A DNA stretch of 64,000 nucleotides from Candidatus Spyradenecus sp. (GTDB taxonomy: Bacteria; Verrucomicrobiota; Kiritimatiellia; RFP12; DVOR01): positions 7,782 through 71,781 of the forward strand of contig JAZRAG010000075.1 of assembly GCA_045634445.1 (NCBI GenBank). Direction: 5' to 3'. The position numbers and the translations under genes were made by a program. The notes under the pieces are model-generated. The model was not told the DNA's origin and did no database searches. It saw only the letters and a list, made by a program, of their open reading frames with translations. This document shows, piece after piece, positions 58,035-64,000 of this stretch (position 1 is its first letter; each line of letters starts with the position of its first letter).

Positions 58035-58733
58035 TTATGTTTCAAAGAGTTGAAATGAATCAAAGAGAAAAGTGAAATTGTCGCGCCAATAATCAACGTG
58101 GAAGTGGCCGACATACCAACGATTAAAAGTGAGTTTTTGTCGAATAGATTCTAACCACACTTCGGTGGAGTCATCAATAGGTCCCATATCGCTTGCCAAA
58201 GGCGGAAGTTTTTCCAATGGTACTTGCGATTTGGGACAGGTGTGCGAGAGCACAACGTCTACTTTCCATGCTGCCGCGTCAAGCGTGGCTTCTGTCCGCG
58301 CTTTAATGGCTTCAGAGGGTTGTTCATCATCAAACCATTTCCAACGGCGTAAAAGGCGGATAAACTTGTCTACCGAATAGGCACCGCCAATCACGAGTGC
58401 GCGTTGATTGCCAATTTGATAAATCGCGCCATCAACGGGGAAAAGTTGGTTCGGATAACGCGGATCCACATAAACCTGACCGCCGAATGCATCTTGCAGT
58501 ATGTATTCGCTTAGGGTTTCTGGGCGTGCTTCGTGATTGCCATGAATGCAGAAAAGCGTGATGGGCAATGTCGCAAGCTGCTCTTTTAATGCGGTCTCAC
58601 GTTCATCATTGAAGTAGTTAATCCCTGCATCACCGAGGATAATGAGCGTATCTTCGCGGTGTGTCTGCCATTTTTTGCAGAACGCTTCCACGCGCGAGAA
58701 GTCGCCATGTGTATCGCCAGTAATCCAGATCAT
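58035..58733 (-). CDS. metallophosphoesterase (calcineurin-like)
   Basis: GDTHGD, GDxxDRG-like [14 protein letters not shown] motifs. Confidence 0.75.
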   Translation of the reverse strand: MIWITGDTHGDFSRVEAFCKKWQTHREDTLIILGDAGINYFNDERETALKEQLATLPITLFCIHGNHEARPETLSEYILQDAFGGQVYVDPRYPNQLFPVDGAIYQIGNQRALVIGGAYSVDKFIRLLRRWKWFDDEQPSEAIKARTEATLDAAAWKVDVVLSHTCPKSQVPLEKLPPLASDMGPIDDSTEVWLESIRQKLTFNRWYVGHFHVDYWRDNFTFLFDSFQLFET

Positions 58734-58784
58734 TTCAAAGATGCGCTAGAATGGGTTGATGATTGTGTGCGGAGAAGACAATTT

Positions 58785-58821
58785 CCGCTTCCGGCAACAT
58801 TAGAATGTCGGCCGGAAGCGG
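58785..58821 (-). terminator. hairpin directly after gyrA stop (ccgcttccggc/gccggaagcgg)
   Basis: 11-bp stem with structured loop. Confidence 0.55.
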
Positions 58822-58830
58822 GTAATTGCA

Positions 58831-61404
58831 TTATGCTTCAGGGTTGTCAACAGGCTGCTCTACAGCTGCTTCAGGAGCTTCGGGTGCAACTTCGTTCGCA
58901 GGCGTTTCAGAAGGCGCTGCAGTGGCAGGCGTTTCTTCTTCGGCTTCTGCGGGTGCGAGCGAGAAGCTTGCGAGCGTTGCATCGCCCTTGAGCTTGATGA
59001 AGTTGACACCTGCTGCGCTACGGCCCATCGTGCGGACGTCGCTGACGTTTGTGCGCATCATGATGCCAGAAGTGGTGAGCAATACCATGGTTTCGTCGCC
59101 CTTAACGGTGGCGATGCCAATGAGCTTACCATTCTTTTCATTGCCAATCGGGTTACCAATGACGCCCTTCGAGCCACGATGTGTGACGCGGAAGTCATCA
59201 AAGGCGCTACGCTTGCCGCGGCCGTTTTCGGTGACGAAGAGGAGGTCTGCTTCGGGTTCTTCCACTGCGAAGCCGCAGACGCTATCGCCTTCAATCTTGA
59301 ACTTCATGCCGCAGACGCCCATGGCGCCACGTCCCACGCGACGGACTTCATCAATATAGAAGGCGTTCACGAGGCCTTCGCGAGAGGCCATAAAGACCTT
59401 GTCGCCAGGCTTGGTGAGGGCAATCTTAACAATTGCATTGCCTTCTTCAATATTGATTGCGATGATGCCGCGACGGTTGACATTGCGGTAATCCGAGAGG
59501 GCTGTGCGCTTGATGGTACCATCGGTAAGCACGAAGGTGATGTCGAGATCTTCGTCAAAGCCGTGAATCGGGAGGATTTCAACGATACGCTCGTCCTTTT
59601 GGAGGCCTTCAAGCACGTTGATAATCGGCTGACCCGCGTGGGCGCGTTCCTGTTCGCGAATTGAGAAGGCTTCCTTCTTGTAGACGCGGCCAGTATTCGT
59701 GAAGAAGAGGAGGTCATCGTGTGCGTAGGGTACATAGATGCGTTCAATGAAGTCTTCGTCCTTAATCTTCACACCTGTGAAGCCCGTGCCGCCGCGTGCT
59801 TGTGCACGATAGTCAGAGAGCTTGGTACGCTTCACGTAACCACGGTGGGAGAGCGTGATGACGGTGGGGACATTCGGCGTGATGGCGCGGATGTCAATTT
59901 CGCCCTTTGCTGCTTCAATCGTGGTAAGGCGGTCGCCTTCCTTCGTGTACTGAGCCTTGATTTCTTCAAGGTCTGCCTTGATGAGGGCGAAGACCTTTTC
60001 AGGATTTTCAAGGATGGACTGCAATTCTTCAATGCGAGCGCGCAATTCGGACTGTTCATTGAGCAACTTGTCGCGTTCCAGGCCTGTCAACTGACGCAAG
60101 CGCATTTCCAAGATTGCCTGCACCTGCGGGTCAGAGAAGCCGAAGCGTTCGCAGAGGCGCGTACGAGCCTCGTCATTCGTCTTAGAGTCGCGAATGATGT
60201 GAATAACTTCGTCAAGGTTGTCCTGTGCGATAAGCAAGCCATCCACGATGTGAATGCGTTCCTGTGCTTTACGCAATTCAAAGCGAGCACGACGCGTGTG
60301 CACATCGAAACGGTGATCCACGTAGCACTGGAAGAAATCGCGTAACGTCATACGCTTCGGGCGACCGTGATCCAATGCGATCATATTTGCGCCAAAGGTG
60401 GTCTGCAAGTCAGAGTGCTTGTAAAGCTGGTTGAGAATGACTTCGCCGTCATCAGCATTCTGCTTGAGTTCAATCACCACACGGATGCCGTCCTTAAGGC
60501 TCGTTTCATCGCGGATATCAGAGATGCCCTTGATGACGCCATCCTTGACGAGCTCTGCCATCTTAGAGACCATGGCAGCCTTGTTCACCATATATGGAAT
60601 CGAGGTGATGATAATGCGCTGACGCTTACCTTCTTGCTCAACCGTAGCCTCGCCACGCATCGTAATTGAGCCGCGGCCGAGCTTGTACATTTCTTCAATG
60701 CCCTTGAAACCGCAAATCAACGCGCCCGTGGGGAAGTCTGGGCCCTTGACATAGGTCATCAAGTCATCAATCGTCGCGGTAGGATTATCAATGAAGTAAA
60801 TTAAGCCATCGCAGAGCTCGCGGAGGTTGTGCGGCGGGATGTTCGTAGCCATACCCACTGCAATACCCTGCGAACCATTGAGGAGGAGGTTCGGAAGCTT
60901 GGAGGGAAGGACGCGCGGCTCTGTTTCATTGCCGTCATAGTTCGGCATGAATTCCACAGTATCCTTATCGATATCTGCGAGCATTTCATTGGAAATCTTC
61001 GCCATACGGCATTCAGTATAACGCGCAGCTGCCGCGCCATCGCCGTCGAGTGTACCGAAGTTACCATGGCCATCTACGAGCGGCACGCGCAAGCTAAACC
61101 ACTGCGCCATACGCACCAACGTGTCGTAGATAGAGCTATCGCCGTGCGGGTGATATTTACCCATCACTTCACCGACCACACGGGCGGACTTCATGTACTT
61201 GGTATTGTAGAAATTCTTCATTGCGTACATCGCATACAACACACGACGATGCACAGGCTTGAAACCATCGCGCGCATCAGGCAATGCACGAGACACAATG
61301 ACACTCATGGAGTAATCAATGTAGGAGTTCTTCATTTCCTCTTCTACATTGATTGAAGTTAAACGTGTATCTTTGGCAGGGGCCAACTGAACTTCTTCGT
61401 CCAT
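58831..61404 (-). CDS. gyrA: DNA gyrase subunit A
   Basis: Active-site region [31 protein letters not shown] with catalytic Tyr; C-terminal beta-pinwheel and acidic tail. Confidence 0.95.
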   Translation of the reverse strand: MDEEVQLAPAKDTRLTSINVEEEMKNSYIDYSMSVIVSRALPDARDGFKPVHRRVLYAMYAMKNFYNTKYMKSARVVGEVMGKYHPHGDSSIYDTLVRMAQWFSLRVPLVDGHGNFGTLDGDGAAAARYTECRMAKISNEMLADIDKDTVEFMPNYDGNETEPRVLPSKLPNLLLNGSQGIAVGMATNIPPHNLRELCDGLIYFIDNPTATIDDLMTYVKGPDFPTGALICGFKGIEEMYKLGRGSITMRGEATVEQEGKRQRIIITSIPYMVNKAAMVSKMAELVKDGVIKGISDIRDETSLKDGIRVVIELKQNADDGEVILNQLYKHSDLQTTFGANMIALDHGRPKRMTLRDFFQCYVDHRFDVHTRRARFELRKAQERIHIVDGLLIAQDNLDEVIHIIRDSKTNDEARTRLCERFGFSDPQVQAILEMRLRQLTGLERDKLLNEQSELRARIEELQSILENPEKVFALIKADLEEIKAQYTKEGDRLTTIEAAKGEIDIRAITPNVPTVITLSHRGYVKRTKLSDYRAQARGGTGFTGVKIKDEDFIERIYVPYAHDDLLFFTNTGRVYKKEAFSIREQERAHAGQPIINVLEGLQKDERIVEILPIHGFDEDLDITFVLTDGTIKRTALSDYRNVNRRGIIAINIEEGNAIVKIALTKPGDKVFMASREGLVNAFYIDEVRRVGRGAMGVCGMKFKIEGDSVCGFAVEEPEADLLFVTENGRGKRSAFDDFRVTHRGSKGVIGNPIGNEKNGKLIGIATVKGDETMVLLTTSGIMMRTNVSDVRTMGRSAAGVNFIKLKGDATLASFSLAPAEAEEETPATAAPSETPANEVAPEAPEAAVEQPVDNPEA

Positions 61405-61440
61405 CCTATAAATCCTTTCAATAATGGTATATTATATCAC

Positions 61441-61472
61441 ATATATTACGCGTACGCGTATGCGCGCGTGCG
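61441..61472. promoter_or_regulatory. 26-nt perfectly alternating pyrimidine-purine tract (tacgcgtacgcgtatgcgcgcgtgcg) in gyrA upstream region
   Basis: Visible in sequence 37-68 bp upstream of gyrA ATG; flanked by AT-rich -10-like gatataat on minus strand. Confidence 0.5.
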
Positions 61473-61564
61473 AAAGACGCAAGAAAAGTGATAAAAATAA
61501 GCAATAAAATCGTCTTTAAACGCAAAGAACGCACGATTCTTTGCGTCACAATTGCGCGCAAAAA

Positions 61565-61670
61565 AGGCCCTCTTTTAAAGAAGGCTTGAATTGTACTTCA
61601 AAACAACCCTTATTGAACGTCAAAAGAGGTTGTTTTCAACATCAAAACAACCTCTTTTCAAAACCGTTTT
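61565..61670. repeat. copy of dispersed intergenic repeat family including a perfect 15-bp/7-nt-loop hairpin (61623-61659)
   Basis: aaaagaggttgtttt-caacatc-aaaacaacctctttt; shares TTTTAAAGAAGGCTTG with 7683-7698. Confidence 0.8.
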
Positions 61671-61826
61671 CACCATCACCTCAAAACGCCTCAAAAAAGA
61701 CCTCCTCTAATCCTCGTAAAATGCCGAAATAACAGCGTTTTAGAAGATTTTTCAGATTCCTAAATAAAAGAAACAGCCGGACGTATTAACGGCCGACTGT
61801 TACTTTGTAAAGAGATGTGAAGCAGA

Positions 61827-63713
61827 TTAGAGATCGAGACCTTCAATCGTCACTTCATTAGCATCTTCCACCTTCACTTCCGCTTCCGCTTCAATCTTTG
61901 AAAGCGCGCCCTTTGCGAGCGGGCTGTTACGATAGTAAACCATGAGCTGGAGCGCCGTAAGGCAGTTGCCAAGGATCATACCCTTCATTGCAGGATTCTT
62001 GCCAGAATGCCAACCCGCGAGCGTACAAACGTCACGATTGATAAGGTCCTTAATAGGATAACCCATGCGGGTGCCATTCTTTGTGCCCTTATCCTTCATG
62101 AGACGTTCTTCGTCAGGAATGGCCTTAGGCTCACCCTTGAACTGCGCAGAAGAATTCTGCACGGGCCAATAGGTGATGTACTGCGGACGACCATTGTGGT
62201 CCACATAACCAGACTTATCTGCGGGAATGTTGATTGCAGCAGCGTTGTAAAGACGCTTCTGAACTTCATTCCAACGAAGCCATGCGGGATGTTTTTCACC
62301 CTGGTTAAAACGCACTTGAGAGAGGTAATAGCAGTAATACTGAGAAGACTTACCGATTGCAGGAGACTTTTCCTTCTTCGGCGGCGCATCAGTATACTTA
62401 AACGTGGGATCCCACGTTTCCATGTACTTGAGCGACTTCTTACAAAGTTCCGTATCACCTTCGTCCAACATCTGGAGAATCAATACGCACGGAGCGGTCA
62501 AACCCCAATAGCTATTGAATTCACGCGGCTTATTCTTCTTATCCAAATAGCCGAATGCACCAGCCTGAGGACCATCCGTGTGCAAACACTCCTTGATACC
62601 CTTAGAAGCCTTCTTAAGTGCAGTCACAATCTGGCCCTTAAGCTTCTGGTCACCAATGTGAGCGAGCTTAGCAGCCTTAAGTGCCTGAACAGCCCAGCTA
62701 GCATACGAAGTATCGGTAATCGGACACTTAGCATCGAGGTTGTAATACCAACCGCCACTTGCGTTCTGACCATCGATAATCGGCTTAACAGCGCGTTCAA
62801 CCACAGGCTTGAGGTCAGGAATGCGCGTCATTGCATAAGCTTCAGAAAGTGCGTACACAGCGACCAACTGAGTGTAGTTGGTAGCGTTACGGGACTTAAA
62901 GTAGCCGACTTCACCACGACGGAAATTATGACCATCATAACCACGCTTCGAGTTCGAGTGGTCCTGCTTAGCCTCTTCTTCCGTCTTGATTTGGTCAGCG
63001 ATCATCGCGCGAATCGCCTTTTCAACCGTAGAGCCGAATTCTTCGCTCTGGCCCGGTAATTCGTTGTGAGCGAGGTAACAGAGAAGTGCGAGAGACGTAA
63101 GACCTGCGTCATCTTCCCACAAACCATTGTAACCCTGCTTCAACTTGAGCCAACGCAAGAAGCCGTAAACGAGCTTTTCAGTAGAAGCTGCACCGAACTT
63201 ACCAATCTTAGCACCACGCAAACCAGGATCACGAGAGCCGTGCACACCCTTCAACACCACAGGGGAGGGGGTGAGAGCCACCGAGTCCATCGGAGCTGGC
63301 TGGGGAGACTGCTCAGCAGAAGTTGTCGGAGGAGCATCGATATCCACGACCACATCCGTTTCAACCACTTCATCCAATTCCGGAGGTTGTTCCGGTGGTG
63401 GTGGTTCTTCAGGAGCGAGTTCTTCAGCAGCTTCAGGTTCAATAATCTGCGTTTCAATTGCCGGCGGCTTTTCATCTGGTACAAACTTGACCAAACTCAT
63501 TACAGCCACTGCAGTAAGCACGATAACAAACGCAGCAATCGGAGCGCCGAGACGCTGGAATTCAATCATAGCCTGCTTGAATTCCAAAGAGTCCTTCGGC
63601 TTACCGAAGCCCTTAAACATGTCTGCTAAACGTTTGAAATAGGAGCGTTCACCTTGCTCAAACATCTTGAGCAATTCGTCCTTTTCATAGTTATTATTTA
63701 AATCATCCGCCAT
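61827..63713 (-). CDS. TonB/TolA-like anchored protein: N-terminal TM + Pro/Glu-rich spacer + C-terminal alpha/alpha-toroid (prenyltransferase/terpene-cyclase-like repeat) domain
   Basis: TM IAAFVIVLTAVAVMSLV; spacer EPEAAEELAPEEPPPPEQPPELDEVV; C-domain with repeated aromatic/Gly motifs (GGWYYNL, SYASWAVQAL); lies immediately downstream of exbD/tolR. Confidence 0.5.
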   Translation of the reverse strand: MADDLNNNYEKDELLKMFEQGERSYFKRLADMFKGFGKPKDSLEFKQAMIEFQRLGAPIAAFVIVLTAVAVMSLVKFVPDEKPPAIETQIIEPEAAEELAPEEPPPPEQPPELDEVVETDVVVDIDAPPTTSAEQSPQPAPMDSVALTPSPVVLKGVHGSRDPGLRGAKIGKFGAASTEKLVYGFLRWLKLKQGYNGLWEDDAGLTSLALLCYLAHNELPGQSEEFGSTVEKAIRAMIADQIKTEEEAKQDHSNSKRGYDGHNFRRGEVGYFKSRNATNYTQLVAVYALSEAYAMTRIPDLKPVVERAVKPIIDGQNASGGWYYNLDAKCPITDTSYASWAVQALKAAKLAHIGDQKLKGQIVTALKKASKGIKECLHTDGPQAGAFGYLDKKNKPREFNSYWGLTAPCVLILQMLDEGDTELCKKSLKYMETWDPTFKYTDAPPKKEKSPAIGKSSQYYCYYLSQVRFNQGEKHPAWLRWNEVQKRLYNAAAINIPADKSGYVDHNGRPQYITYWPVQNSSAQFKGEPKAIPDEERLMKDKGTKNGTRMGYPIKDLINRDVCTLAGWHSGKNPAMKGMILGNCLTALQLMVYYRNSPLAKGALSKIEAEAEVKVEDANEVTIEGLDL

Positions 63714-63731
63714 AATAGACCCTTTCGTGCC

Positions 63732-64000
63732 TTAGAGGCTGAAGATTGCGAGATTGGTCATCCCGTACTTGTTGCAGAGGTCAAGCGCCTTTACAAGCAA
63801 GGAGTGAGGAGAATCCTTCGTGCAGCGCAAGAGCACCGTAGAACCCTTGTTGTTACGAGCTGCACGCTTGATTTCAGAATCAAGCTGACGATACGAAACA
63901 GGCGTCTTATTGACGAGGAAGCCTTCGCCACCCTGATTCGGATTGTAAATGTCAATGGTCAACATTTCAATCTGTTCAGCGGGTGCAGCCTTAGAGTCAG
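63732..64000 (-). CDS. exbD: biopolymer transport protein ExbD/TolR (C-terminal part; N-terminus beyond window end)
   Basis: C-terminal periplasmic domain pattern ...VLLRCTKDSPHSLLVKALDLCNKYGMTNLAIFSL; frame stays open to base 64000. Confidence 0.6.
   Translation of the reverse strand, partial: DSKAAPAEQIEMLTIDIYNPNQGGEGFLVNKTPVSYRQLDSEIKRAARNNKGSTVLLRCTKDSPHSLLVKALDLCNKYGMTNLAIFSL

Noticed and set aside
62007-63059. 350-aa plus-strand ORF
   Set aside because: It is antisense to the 628-aa TonB-like gene. It is Arg/Leu-rich with no motifs, while the minus frame has a TM, a Pro-rich spacer and domain structure.

Overview
This is a gene-dense bacterial chromosomal window of about 55% GC with 62 protein-coding genes, 2 tRNAs and short AT-rich intergenic gaps. 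The housekeeping content is clear: uvrB (5' partial), dut, hemL, a stand-alone SEDS protein (FtsW/RodA), tolB-pal, tatA-tatC, queE, nth, mraY-lspA-miaA-radC, an NfnAB-like oxidoreductase pair, nadE, cysK, rpmH-rnpA-yidD-yidC-prmA, hup, an lpxL-like acyltransferase, panB, fhs, tmk, cysS, ettA, gyrA, tRNA-Lys(TTT) and tRNA-Val(CAC). Two secreted glycoside hydrolases of mucin-glycan type are present (GH89 alpha-N-acetylglucosaminidase and a GH95-like fucosidase). The most system-like feature is a five-gene operon at 46.6-54.8 kb: a secreted beta-rich protein, a PilM-PilN fusion, a bitopic protein resembling Akkermansia Amuc_1100 (from memory), a bitopic protein with a zinc ribbon and DxDxDG calcium motifs, and a 1088-aa secretin with an acidic repeat N-terminus. 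No pilin, prepilin peptidase or pilus ATPase is present in the window. Its gene order mirrors the Akkermansia Amuc_1102-1098 type IV pili-like locus, so the organism is probably a Verrucomicrobiota relative. That assignment is inferred from sequence patterns only. Other notable structure: an AT-rich islet around tRNA-Lys bounded by two ~210-275 bp direct non-coding repeats carrying AGTAC...GTACT palindromes; a dispersed ~100-bp palindromic intergenic repeat family at four sites; a 26-nt alternating pyrimidine-purine tract in the gyrA promoter region; and an ExbD/TolR gene followed by a TonB/TolA-like anchored protein with an alpha/alpha-toroid domain. No CRISPR array, transposase or integrase was found. 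All calls rest on reading the translations and the DNA by eye; no searches were run.
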